From contig NC_069004.1 in NCBI RefSeq assembly GCF_001194135.2, positions 20,908,368 to 20,943,449 on the forward strand: DNA of 35,082 bases, given 5' to 3'. Positions 22,866 to 34,531 of this stretch are shown in pieces. Source of the stretch: Octopus bimaculoides. Lineage: Eukaryota. The position numbers were made by a program, and so were the translations under genes. A model generated the notes under the pieces. That model saw only the letters and a list, made by a program, of their open reading frames with translations, had not been told where the DNA came from and did no database searches. Positions within the stretch are counted from its first letter, which is position 1; the number at the start of each line of letters is the position of its first letter.

Positions 22866-23235
22866 ACACAGATGTAGCTGTGTGATAAGAAGTTTGTTTC
22901 CCAACCACATGGTTCCAGGTTCAATTCCACTGTGTGGCACCTTGGGCAAGTGTCTTCTACTATAGCATTGGGCCGATCAAAGTCTTGTGAGTGGATTTGG
23001 CAGATGGAAACTGGAAAAAGCCTGTCGCATGTGTGTGTGTGTGTGTAACTTTGTGTTTGTCCCCCCAACCACCACTTGACAAACAGTGTTCGTGTCTTTA
23101 CATCCCTAGTTTGGCAGATGAGGCTGATAGAATAAATAAGAAGCTTAAAAAAATATATAAGGACTGGGGTTGGTTCATTCGACTAAAAATTCTTCAGTGT
23201 AGTGCCCCAGCTTGGCCACAGTCTAATGACTGACA
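22866..23235 (+). mobile_element. Near full-length tRNA-derived SINE (head, (GT)n spacer, 3' half)
   Basis: A box GCTGTGTGATAAG, B box GGTTCAATTCC, CCTTGGGCAAGTGTC core, tail GTGCCCCAGCTTGGCCACAGTCTAATGACTGA. Confidence 0.8.
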
Positions 23236-23654
23236 CAGGATGTACTGTTGGTGAATTTCAGGAAGCATGGAAGTTTTGAAAGATGTAGTGTCTTGAGAGA
23301 TAACAACTGATGCAAGTAGTTAATTTCACACTTCAGCAATTCTGAGCATGAAAAAATGTTTCTGAAAGTCATGAGTGCTGAGCCGTTTTTTGATTTTGTA
23401 AGCATGTCTATGAATAAGTGGTAAGCAGTGATTTATATAAATAGAAACTTGTTACCAGTTCAAATATGTTTGAGACATATTCAAACCCATAAGAAGGCCA
23501 TTCATTGCATTTTATCAAGGAGAAAGCAGGTTGGTTCAGAGTTGAGAGTTGTCTCTCTCTTCCCAGTGTTCAATGTTAATGAGAAGATAATTGTTTTGAA
23601 ATGCATGCATCCATTGATCTGGATAGATGGTGCTCCATCTACCAATTCCATTCA

Positions 23655-23995
23655 CACTATTTTGGCCAATTCAGAACTATAGCAGAGGACACTTGCCAAA
23701 GACAGTACACAGTAAGACCAAAACCATATGGTTACAATGTACACTTCTTAACGACACAGTCAAACCAAATCTACAGGCAAGCATATGTCTGAGTGAATTT
23801 GGTAGACAAAAACTGTGAGGAAGCCTATAATATGTATGTATAGGCACAAGCATAGCAGTGTGGTAAGAAGTTTGCTTCTTAACTACATGTTTCAGTCCCA
23901 CTGCATGGCAACTTGGGCAAGTGTCTTCTATTATAGTTTCAGGCTGATCAAAGCCTTGTGAGTGGAATTGGTAGGCAGAAACTGAACAGAGCTTA
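23655..23995. mobile_element. Cluster of SINE head fragments in both orientations
   Basis: Minus copy ~23670-23760 and plus copy ~23835-23995 match the 22866 head. Confidence 0.65.
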
Positions 23996-24011
23996 CTATA
24001 TGTATATATGT

Positions 24012-24130
24012 TCAGTAGTAAACATTGACTCTCTTCAGTCAAACTCTCATTCAGACTCCAATGGCCGAAGACTAGCAACATGCTTGAAACTCAGAATACC
24101 AAGGAGTTTGAATCAAACTGTTTTGATCCA
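24012..24130 (+). repeat. Partial copy of the PLE terminal repeat (family D hammerhead, degenerate)
   Basis: Inverted relative to 24178-24300 and direct relative to 25817-25920. Confidence 0.85.
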
Positions 24131-24131
24131 C

Positions 24132-24182
<51 letters not shown>

Positions 24183-25319
24183 GATCAAAACAGCTTGATT
24201 CAAACTCTTTGGTACTCTGAGTTTCAAGCGTGTTGCAAGTCTCTGGCCATTGGAGTTTGATTGAGAGTTTGATTGAAGAGAGTCAATGTTTATTACTGGA
24301 CATTGACTTACAATTGGTTGAGAAAGGTCATGCGGTGTCGCAGTTTGATGTTGGTATTTCAGGAACAACAATTACTTGGAAAATACTTGGTGAACAGGAA
24401 ATCAACCGTGTGGTGGACAGGAAATCAGTTGTGTGGTTGGGGGGAAGTAGGAAGGGGCGGTAGATGTGGGAGTGTTAGGAAAAGGAAAATAATCTGGTAT
24501 AACACCCCATTGAACCTAGAACTTTCCCCCAACATAGCCAGGGGCTTCCTGTTGTTAATAAAGAAATATTTCCCCTGAAGCCATGAGTATTACAAACTCT
24601 TCAACCCCAACAATATCAAGGTAAGTTACTCCTGCTTAAACAACATCGCATCTAACATCACACACATCAAAAGATGTAAAAATGCACCCACACAACCCCC
24701 AATCCCAACCTGCAACTGATGAAACCCTATTACCTGCTCTCAAGGAGGATCCTGCCTCTCAAGGGCTGTAGTATACAGAGCCACCCTTACACCATCTGAT
24801 GGCATTACTAGACACATTACGGGTATGACAGCCAATGACTTCAAGGGAAGATACTCCCAGCGCTTGCATTCATTTAGATCCAGGGATAGAGAGAACTCCA
24901 CTTCCCTGTCACACTTTCTCTGGAGACTTCATGACCTCTGAGATGAAACACCCAGCATCAAGTTGACTATTGTCGACAGGTCGCCATCATATTCACTTGG
25001 TGCCCCTAATTGCCTCCGTGAAAAACTGCATATCATCTACAAACCTGCAGTATCTATTAACAAGAAATATGAAGTATCGTATTGCTGTTACTAGAGGTAC
25101 ACCCTTCAGGTAAATTTCAAGCCACTAGCTTCCGACAACCCAGATATATCTTCTTAGTACCAGCTTCTCCCAGTACCAGCCACTCCTAGCAATACCAGCA
25201 CCAGGGTCATCGTCACAAACTAACCCCCATGAACAGCACCACAAATCATCAATCCTCAACACTTTTTCATGCCTGTCTACTCGCATTCTCTTGCACCTTG
25301 TACATCACCCTTTATACAT

Positions 25320-25640
25320 AACCACATGAGTATATAAGCACACATGCATGCATATATGTGAGCAGAAGTATGCATCTGCTCACCATATGCATGCACATGG
25401 TTGTGTGCACTGGTGTACATGTATGTGCATGCACATCCATATACATGTGCACCCGTGTATGTTTATGAATGCACACGTGTGCATGTGCTTATGTGCATAT
25501 ATACATGGAGATAAAAGTATGCATGCATGTGTGTATGTGTTTATGTGTGTGTATGTGCACGGATGTGTGAATGTACATCTACAGACACATACACACTCGG
25601 ATGCATACACAGATATATGTGCATATACACATATATACTC
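25320..25640. repeat. Degenerate (CA/TG/TGCA) low-complexity tract
   Basis: Direct reading. Confidence 0.85.
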
Positions 25641-25863
25641 CCACATCTACTGCCCCTTCCTAATTCCCCTCAACTATGCGACCAATTTCCTATCCACCAC
25701 GTGGTCAATTTCCTGCTCAACATGCAATATTTTTCAAGTAATTGTTCTCATTGAAATACCAACATTAAACAGTGACACAGCATGACCTTTCTTGACCAAT
25801 CGCAGGCCAACGTTCAGCAGTAAACATTGACTCTCTTCAGTTAAACTCTTATTCAGACTTCAA

Positions 25864-25903
25864 TGGCTGAAGACAAGCGAGACACTTGAAACTCAGAGTA
25901 CCA
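25864..25903 (+). ncRNA. Minimal type I hammerhead-like motif, family D, intact core
   Basis: TGG-CTGAAGA-CAAGCGAGACACTT-GAAAC-TCAGA-GTA-CCA; stem III ACTC-A-GAGT is near-palindromic. Confidence 0.6.
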
Positions 25904-26209
25904 AGGAGTTTAAATCAATACATGTAAGTCCCAATAAATGTATTCAGCATCCTTCTTTCATTTGTCTGCTCACTCATATATATATAATAATAATAATAGT
26001 ATTAGGGAATACAATTCCAAAACTTACAGTGAAAATTCAATTTAGCAATTCTAAATCAAATTTCCCAATATATAATACATATATAATTTAGAGAAAAAGC
26101 AAACAATGAAAAATGTCATTCAAAAACATCTAGAAAAACAAATATCCTCAAAAACCCTATTCCAAAAATCAATAAATTACACAATCAATAAATAGCAAAG
26201 AACAGTAAA

Positions 26210-26283
26210 AGACTACACACGTTTCATGGCTATATTTAAAATAAATTTGATTCGATCTAAAAATATAGTCACTCTTCATGTCT
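26210..26283 (-). ncRNA. Type I hammerhead-like motif, family E (C3A)
   Basis: Minus strand AGAC-ATGAAGA-GTGACTATATTT...AAATATAGCCAT-GAAAC-GTGT-GTA-GTCT. Confidence 0.6.
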
Positions 26284-26905
26284 AAAATAAATCATAAGAA
26301 TAATAAAAATAAATAATAAAATCAATGTATGTATCTAATCTTATAATAAAATATCAAATGAATATAGAATAATACTTGTTTTAACAATAAATAATCGAAA
26401 AATTTAACAACATTACTTAAAATGACTTATCTTATCGGGGAATTACTGTTAAATTAAAATTTCAAATGTAATACTAAAAACTTAGTGTTTATAAGAAAAA
26501 TATCCGGTGAAAATATGGCGTAAATATAAAAATGATAGAATAAATGGATAGAATATGTATTTAAACTGTTAAAATGACAAAATGTATTTTAGCTGTGAGA
26601 ATAAGAAAAAAATTAACTGTAGTATATCATTTACTGGAAAATTATAAAGTCTAACTAATCTAAAACTTAAATACATATATACATAAGTTAAGCTAAATTT
26701 CTATAATTACTCTATTTACTAATTTTTTTATTTTTTTAAACTTCTTAGTTTAATCGTATTCTAAATATGTAATACACCCAATATAATCTTGTGCTAATAT
26801 ACACATTTAACTACTACAAATTATATCTACAACAATTAGTGTCTTGACCGTTGACTGAACACTATTCAATTTTTTTTCTCCGTGTTTTTCTCCTTGTCTC
26901 CGTAT

Positions 26906-26942
26906 TCTTTCTGTTGAAGAGCGTAGCTCGAAACGTCAAAGA
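26906..26942 (+). ncRNA. Minimal hammerhead-like motif, family F (CUGUUGA core variant)
   Basis: TCTTT-CTGTTGA-A-GAGC-GTA-GCTC-GAAAC-GTC-AAAGA; stem III is the loopless palindrome ACGT. Confidence 0.55.
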
Positions 26943-27089
26943 CTTTCCGTATTCCCGAGCGTCATACTAATATATCCTTTTGTTATTTACACCACCGGTC
27001 CTCGTCTGTTGTTATTATTTGTATATTCTCCCATATACACAAATTAGGTAAACTTATTATATAACTTATGTCTACATTTAATTTTACGT

Positions 27090-27456
27090 TCCTCTAGGGA
27101 ATTAATCAATTTTTTATTATTATAATATCTCTTAATAATATCTCCTTAAATTCATTAGTACATAATAAACAAAAATTACTACCTATTTGATAAGATTTTG
27201 CCTTACAAACTATCACCCAATTTAAATTGTACTTAATATTTTTAGATTTTAGTTCCCATATATATTTACTAAGGCCAGTAGAATTAATTAAACTTCTATT
27301 TTTAAATGAATTCATGCATTGAGTCACCCATAATTTAATTTTATTAGAAGTTGACCCTATCTAAATAGTATTTAAATTATAACCATTCCTATTATTATCA
27401 TCAATCAAAATCACTACACATTTATATACTACATCCTCCAAATTACATTTATTATT
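27090..27456 (-). mobile_element. Penelope-type GIY-YIG endonuclease relic (runs into a gap)
   Basis: NNKCNLEDVVYKC....*IGST...SFKNRSLINSTGLSKYIWELK....NW.IVCKAKSY.IGSNFCLLCTNE. Confidence 0.85.
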
Positions 27457-27933
27457 NNNNNNNNNNNNNNNNNNNNNNNNNNNNNNNNNNNNNNNNNNNN
27501 NNNNNNNNNNNNNNNNNNNNNNNNNNNNNNNNNNNNNNNNNNNNNNNNNNNNNNNNNNNNNNNNNNNNNNNNNNNNNNNNNNNNNNNNNNNNNNNNNNNN
27601 NNNNNNNNNNNNNNNNNNNNNNNNNNNNNNNNNNNNNNNNNNNNNNNNNNNNNNNNNNNNNNNNNNNNNNNNNNNNNNNNNNNNNNNNNNNNNNNNNNNN
27701 NNNNNNNNNNNNNNNNNNNNNNNNNNNNNNNNNNNNNNNNNNNNNNNNNNNNNNNNNNNNNNNNNNNNNNNNNNNNNNNNNNNNNNNNNNNNNNNNNNNN
27801 NNNNNNNNNNNNNNNNNNNNNNNNNNNNNNNNNNNNNNNNNNNNNNNNNNNNNNNNNNNNNNNNNNNNNNNNNNNNNNNNNNNNNNNNNNNNNNNNNNNN
27901 NNNNNNNNNNNNNNNNNNNNNNNNNNNNNNNNN

Positions 27934-28190
27934 TCTATTGGTCTCTTTTGCCAAACTGCTAAGTTGCGGGGACGTAAACACACTAATATCAATTGTCAAG
28001 TAATGGTGGGGTGACAAACACAAACACACATATATATATGCATACATGATGGGATTCTTTTAGTTTCTGTTTACCAAATCTACTCACAAGGCTTTGGTTA
28101 GCCCAAGGCTATAGTAGAAGACACTTGACCAAGGTGCCACACAGTGGGACTGAACCCAGAACCATGTGGTTGGTAAGCAAGCTTTTTCCA
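27934..28190 (-). mobile_element. tRNA-derived SINE
   Basis: Reverse complement matches the 22866-23235 family. Confidence 0.78.
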
Positions 28191-29261
28191 CACTCTTTTT
28201 TCAAGATAGCTCTTGCAGAGGGCTAATGGGCCTGCGACCCAAAACTAAACAGAGCTAAATAACATAACTATAATACATCTATAATGACTCTACACCTTGG
28301 TAGTTTTTGATCAGAGGTTAAGGACAGATGGGAATTAATTCTGTAATGCAATCTTGCTATTCTTTCAGTACCAAGTTGAATTCCAACTGTTGGTCAATTT
28401 GTCCCAAGTTCTTATCTTGACGTAAAATTAACGAAGCAAATGTTATTTATCTCTCCCTTGATCTCTGACCAAGATGGCATGAAACAGCCAAGCTTTAGCT
28501 GCTACAAATAGCAACCCAAATGCTTAAGAAAATGTTAGTACTAGAGTCGGTTCATTCAAGATGGTGCCCGCCATCTAATGACTGAAACAAGTAAAAGGTA
28601 AAACAAAGATATATATATATATATATAAAGCAAATAAATACCAAGGATGTCCAGGTATCAGTGCATTACGGCTGTTTCAAGCAGCTCCATTTAATCGATC
28701 AATGAAAACATTACATTAATTTGAAATAAGTCGCTCTCCTCGAAAGCAGACGACCACATAGATTTCCAACATACAGGATACACCATTATATTTTTCAGCA
28801 AAGTTCTCATCAGTACTAGATACTAAATTAATTACATTGCTTCTCTTTGCAATTTGTGAGGCAGAATGAATTTAGGGCAAAGAAATACTATAATTTAGGG
28901 TGGCAGAAGAAAATAATGGAGGTCAAGAAAGAGGAATGGTGATATAGCTACATTCATCTTTATCCTTATTACATTCAAAAGACTCAATATAGCATGTTGT
29001 CTACAACCCCTTAGAGTTAAATCCATTGGGAATTGACAGTTAAGTTCTTGTTGTTGGTGATAAATTAATTAATGTCAGATATTCTCCCCTACCCCTATTT
29101 TACTGGGACCATAAAACTAGCCGTATCTACATAAAAGAATATGTCTCAGAAATTACTAGTAAGATAATGATATATAGAGAAGAGATGATAACCAAAAGAG
29201 GTAGGACAGGGGTGACTTAATATATATGATCATCAAATACAAAGGGCCTAAATTGGAAAAC

Positions 29262-29652
29262 AAAAGAGGTCACAATGAGATCTAAGTGTGGTAATTAAAA
29301 GTACGGGGAAAGATGTGTAGTCGAACTTAGCAAAATTTATGTTTTAAAATATCAAAATTTAGAAAAGGATTCAAGAACAAAGTGATAAAGGACGGAAAAA
29401 TCAATCTAACACTTTTATATATAAGAGTACTTTTATATATAAGAGAAACCTCATGATGCTTCTCCCTAATATATTGCTAAGATAGTCATGCTAAAACTAT
29501 CAACAGTGAACCTATAATTAAATTCAGATATCATCCAAGTAGGGGTACACAGTTTCTATTGAATCAAAACCAAAAATTAAAGGCTAAAAAAATAAGAGGT
29601 CACAATGAGATCTAAGTGTGGAAATTAAAAGTAGTCGAACTTAGCAAAATTA
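29262..29652 (+). repeat. Imperfect direct repeat pair (~29262-29337 and ~29594-29650)
   Basis: AAGAGGTCACAATGAGATCTAAGTGTGG.AATTAAAAGTA...GTCGAACTTAGCAAAATT occurs twice; the second copy lacks an internal segment. Confidence 0.85.
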
Positions 29653-29749
29653 TCGAAAAACAAGGAAAAAATATATTTATATAAAAATGACCAACATTAT
29701 GAAAAAATTGGAAAGGATATAAGAAGGTATAAAAAATATCACGTATATA

Positions 29750-30150
29750 ATCCTGGAAGGGATTGTGCTAAATTTAGGCATTGAGAGCTACACATATGCC
29801 AGAATGGGTTGCCACAGCACAGAGCCAAAATTCCCAGCAATGCTGTTGTGCTTCAAGACCAATTACTGCAAAAGCCTAGATTTCAGAAGCCCACAGCTTT
29901 TTAATATTCTCCCAAAGAGCCTGAGGGACCTACACAAAGTGGATGTAGGTGTTTTCAAAGCAAAACTGGATCTCTTCATGTTGAGAGTCCCAGATGAACC
30001 AATCTTGCAGCAGGAGGTTCAAATGAGGGTAGCGACATCAAACTTCATTATTCACCAAGTGCCACATATCAGAGGAGGCTCTCAATAATAACAGTGTAAC
30101 AAAATAAGCTGTGCCCCAACATGGCCACAGCTTTGAGCTGGAACTGATAA
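29750..30150 (+). mobile_element. CR1-like LINE 3' end, second copy
   Basis: Aligns to 13065-13445 (PQLFNILPKSLRDL..FKAKLDLF..VPDEP). Confidence 0.85.
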
Positions 30151-30154
30151 ACAT

Positions 30155-30199
<45 letters not shown>

Positions 30200-30202
<3 letters not shown>

Positions 30203-33200
30203 CCGCACACAAGAGGTAAGAAGGAGAGGAGCATCAGCTAGGGTCCTCACAGGCAAGGCACATAGGTATAAAATCTTCTGGCAAGGTAACGTGGATAGAG
30301 TAGGGGTGTAGGCATACTCCTTGCGGAGAAATGGGTAGATAAAGTCATAGAGGTTGTCAGGGTATGCAATAGAGTGATTAAGCTCACGCTAGTCCTGCAG
30401 AACAGCACAGCTACAATTATCTCTGCCTATGCCCCCAAAGCAGGCCTACCAAGTGATCAGAAGACCACTTTTATGATACCCTTCTACAGATTGCATCAAA
30501 GACGAGTGGCAATGACCTCTTCTTTGCGACTTGAGATTTTAATGGGCATGTTGGGTGGCAATCTGGTATCTTCACTGGTGTACACAGGGGCCATGGTATT
30601 GGTTCCCAAAATGATGAGGGAACTAGGCTACTGGAGTTCTTTGATGCATGTAACCTTTTAATCTGCAACACTAACTTCAGGAAGCCAGACAGCTACCTGA
30701 TAACCTATCAATCAGGTGACTCTGCTAGTTAGATTGATTTCATCCTCACCAGAGAGCGGGTCGCAGGGTTGCTCTTAAATACAAAGACCCTCCCAGATGA
30801 AGAATGTACCTCCCAGCATAGACTAGTCGTTAGTGACTTTAGACTCGAGGCCAGAATGATGCCAAGAAGCAGACCAATCCAGAAAAGAAGGATTTGGAAG
30901 CTACAAAAGAAATTTCATGAGAGGGAGGAGGAGCTACAGACCTCAGACATAGAAGGTAGCTGGAAATTCCTATGGGACAGCTTATTGAGTGCCACAGTCC
31001 AAGTCTGCGGATGGTGCAAAGTCCCTTCCAGACCGAAAGTAATGTGGTGGTGGAACAATACGGTAGACAAAGCCATTAGAGCAAAGAAACAGGCTGCAAA
31101 GCCTGGAAGGGTTGGGGTAGCAGGGAATCATACCAGACAGCCAGAAGGGAGGCTGGGCGACAAATATACATAACCAAGAAAGAAGCAGATAAGAAGTTTG
31201 CCAATGTCCAGCGACATGAGGACCAAAGTACTGAAGTATTTCGGATTGCAAGACAGTGTGTGAGAGAAAATTGTGAGGTGACAGGGGAGAAATGTGTCCA
31301 CAAGAATCATGGTGCACTTACTTTTAATTATTTGGAAAAGAAAGAGGCTTGGGGAAGTCATTATGAAAGACTGCTGAATGTGGAAAATGAATGGAAGTAG
31401 GAGAGCCTGCCAAATGTTGACCCAGTAGAGGGACCAGCTATCCGAATAGATAAAGCAATTAAGGGTATGAAGCCAAGAAAAGCCCCTGGCCCATCTGGAA
31501 TCACTGCTGAGATGCTTAAAACATCTAGTGGTGAGGGCTACGGCCTAGTCACCTGCATTGTAAACCAGGGAGTTCATGACGGAGTCATACCCAATGACTG
31601 GCATAGCGCACCATAGTCAACTGCTACAAGGGTAAAGGTGATAGACATAACTACAGATGTATCAAACTGCTGGATCAGGAGATGAAGAACACGGAGAATG
31701 TCATAGCCCAACTAATTAGGGAGAGAGTCTGCTTAGATGCGATGCAGTTCAGTTTTGTACCAGGTAGAAGCACCACTAATGCTATATTCGTGGTGCGGCA
31801 ACAGTAGGAGAAATATCTAGCCAAAGATAAACTCCTATACTTGGTTTTGTTGACTTGGAGAAAGCCTTTGACAGGGTCCCTCGATCCCGTACCTGGTGGG
31901 CAATGTGGAAACTGGGGATGAATGGTTAATAAGGGCTGTACAGGCCCTATAGAGATGTCGTTAGTAAGGTTAGAGTTGGCAATGAGTATAGTGAAGAATT
32001 CCGGGTATAAGTAGGGGTCCACCAAGGATCAGCTCTCAGTCCCCTTTTATTCATCATAGTCCTTCCGGCAATAACAGAGGAATTCAAGACAGGTTGACCC
32101 TGGGACCTGGCCCTCATAGCAGAATCACTACCAGAACTAGAGAAAAAAATTTCAGATGTGGAAGCAAGGTTTTGAGTTGAAGGGCCTTAGAGTCAATGTT
32201 GCAAAAACAAAAGTTCTAGTAAGTAGGAAGGCGAACACATCACACAGGTAAGTGGCCCTGCTCGATCTGTAGAAAAGGTGTAGGTAGAAACTCCATAAAG
32301 ATGTACCCAGTGTAATCTATGGACACATAAGAGGTGCAGCAACATCAAAAGAAGATTAACCGTGTGTGGCAGATGCACAGGGGCAATAAACACCATAGAT
32401 GCTCAGAAAACAGATTCCATCACATGCCAGGGGTAAAAACTAGAAGTAGTTGATAGCTTCCGCTACCTAGGTGACCAAGTCTGTAGTGGGGGGTGGATGC
32501 TCAGAAAGTGTTACCACTAGAATAAGAATAGCCTTGGCAAAGTTCAGATAGCTTCTACCCCTACTGGTGACAAAGGGTCTCTAGCTCAGAGTGAAAGGTA
32601 GATTGTATGATGCATGTGTGCGAACTGCCATGCTTCACGGCAGTGAAACATGGGCTGTGACTGCTGAGGACATGCGTAGGCTTGAAAGAAATGAAGCTAG
32701 CATGATCCGCTGGATGTGTAATGTCAGTGTGCACACACAACAGAGTGTAAGCTTCCTGAGAGAAATGTTGGACATAAGAAGCATCAGATGTGATGTGCAA
32801 GAGAGATGTTTGCATTGGTATGGTCATGTACTACAGATGGATGAGGAGAGCTGTGTGAAGAAGTGCCACTCCCAAACAGTGGAAGGAATCTGGGGTAGAG
32901 GGNNNNNNNNNNACTACAGATGGATGAGGAGAGCTGTGTGAAGAAGTGCCACTCCCAAACAGTGGAAGGAATCTGGGGTAGAGGGAGACCCAGGAAGACA
33001 TGGGATGAGGTGGTGAAGTATGACCTTTGAACGTTGGTCCTCACAGAAGCAGTGCTGAAAGACCAAGACCTCCGGAGATATGCTGTGACTGCGAAGACCC
33101 AGCAAATAAAGTGAGTTCACAGCTGTAACCTACACCAGTGTCACATAACCAGCCCATTCAAAAGTACCTTGGATCGTAGGGCGACACGCTATGTTTGATT

Positions 33201-33540
33201 AGACCTACTGAGTGAAGTACATCAAAATCAATAGGAAATTGTAGTTGCGATCCCCATGCCGGTGGCACGTAAAAATCACCATCCGAACATGACCAATGCT
33301 AGAGCTACCTTCACTGGCTTCTGTGCCGATGGCACATAAAAAGCACCAACTGATTGTGGTCATTGCCAGCTTTGTATGGCCCCTGTGCCGGTAGCACGTA
33401 AAAATCACCCGCTACACTCTCGGAGTGGTTGGCATTAGGAAGGGCATCCAGCTGTAGAAATACTGCCAGATCAGACTGGAGCCTGGTACAGCCTCCTGGC
33501 TTCCCAGACCCCAATCGAACCGTCCAACCCATGCCAGCAT
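30200..33540 (+). mobile_element. RTE-clade LINE, 5'-truncated within the APE endonuclease, heavily disrupted
   Basis: APE: TQEVR, IISAYAP, DFNGH, CNTNFRK, IDFIL, SQHRLVV. RT: KAPGPSGITAEML, FVDLEKAFDRVP, GVHQGSALSPLLF, GLRVNVAKTK, YLG, LHGSETW, RPRKTW. 3' UTR 33115-33540. Confidence 0.92.
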
Positions 33541-33964
33541 NNNNNNNNNNTATATATATATATAACAGCCCCTTCACCCTTATCCGTTCCACTGTTCCTT
33601 CTTTCATTCACCCTCGCTCACATTTCCTTGCCTTCTCTTCTCCCTCCACTTTTCACTTCACTGTGTCCCTGTCATTTTTTCTCGCACCTCCCTAATTCTT
33701 TTGTCCCTCTGCCTCTACTTCTCTTCCCATATGACCGGTGTTCAGCCAAGCCTGACCCATTTTTTGGGGGGCAGCCATTGTGCTTGCAACATCGTTATTT
33801 CTCCCTGTGCCTGTGAAATCTTGTATCCTGGCTGTAAGACCTTATTTCCACACACACCAACTTAATTCTATTCATCCTTAGTTGAAAGACATCTGTTGTT
33901 ATGTCCTGTTATTATTTCTATTATTTTTATTGCATTTGCGTAACATTTTTTTATTTTTTTTTAT

Positions 33965-34140
33965 TTTTTAAGTTTCAGCTTAGAGCTGCGGCCATGCTGA
34001 TGCACCACCGTGTGTGGTAGAGCCTCGTGAAGCTTTAGGTGCTTTCGCTCAATAAACACTCACAACGCCCGGTCTGGGAATCGAAACTGCGATCCTATGA
34101 CCACGAGTTCGCTGCCCTAACCACTGGGCCATTGCGCCTC
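33965..34140 (-). mobile_element. tRNA-derived SINE head joined to a CR1-type 3' tail
   Basis: Minus strand: A box TGGCCCAGTGG, B box GTTTCGATTCC, then GCATGGCCGCAGCTCTAAGCTGAAACT and an A-rich tail. Confidence 0.7.
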
Positions 34141-34531
34141 CAACATTGCTCGTTTTATTTCTGTCCTTGTTTTTGTATACATTCACTGCTTTCTTCCAAA
34201 GAGTCGAATGCTCTTAGCTTAGTTTTTCCTTGGGGCTGGCCAGATTGGAGCAATATCGAGAATAACCTGCCGCAATTGCAAAGATAATCTGGATCTCGAC
34301 TCAAGAGAGAAAACTCCAAATGACATGTCTGTGTTTTCTTTCTATCGTCTATCTTTATGATTTGTCCCTTTCTTGTATCATCTGACTGTCTGGATGTTTT
34401 GCGTTCTTGTCCCATTCTGTATTATTTATATNNNNNNNNNNNNNNNNNNNNNNNNNNNNNNNNNNNNNNNNNNNNNNNNNNNNNNNNNNNNNNNNNNNNN
34501 NNNNNNNNNNNNNNNNNNNNNNNNNNNNNNN

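Larger units (their letters stand above)
24178..25920 (+). mobile_element. 5'-truncated Penelope-type PLE with inverted ~290-bp terminal repeats (inverted pLTR architecture)
   Basis: Body 24474-25150 reads RKRKIIWYNTP..NIARGFLLLIKKYFP*SH..KLFNPNNIKVSYSCLNNI..TCN....SCLSRAVVYRAT....TGMTANDFKGRY..H..SF....NSTSLS..CLREKLHII. 24178-24473 is the reverse complement of 25640-25920. Confidence 0.85.

Noticed and set aside
28655-28755. Minus-strand GAAACAGCCGTA with upstream TTCGAGGAG, related to 21040-21120
   Set aside because: Core and stems cannot be assembled convincingly in either copy.
32830-32985. Exact 73-bp tandem duplication across a 10-N gap
   Set aside because: Same assembly-overlap signature.
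34060-34140. tRNA-like A and B boxes
   Set aside because: No complete cloverleaf or acceptor stem; it is a SINE head, not a tRNA gene.
34290-34335. CTCAAGA-GAG-AAAA-CTC-CAAA-TGACATGTC hammerhead-like pattern
   Set aside because: Two core changes and no stem I pairing.
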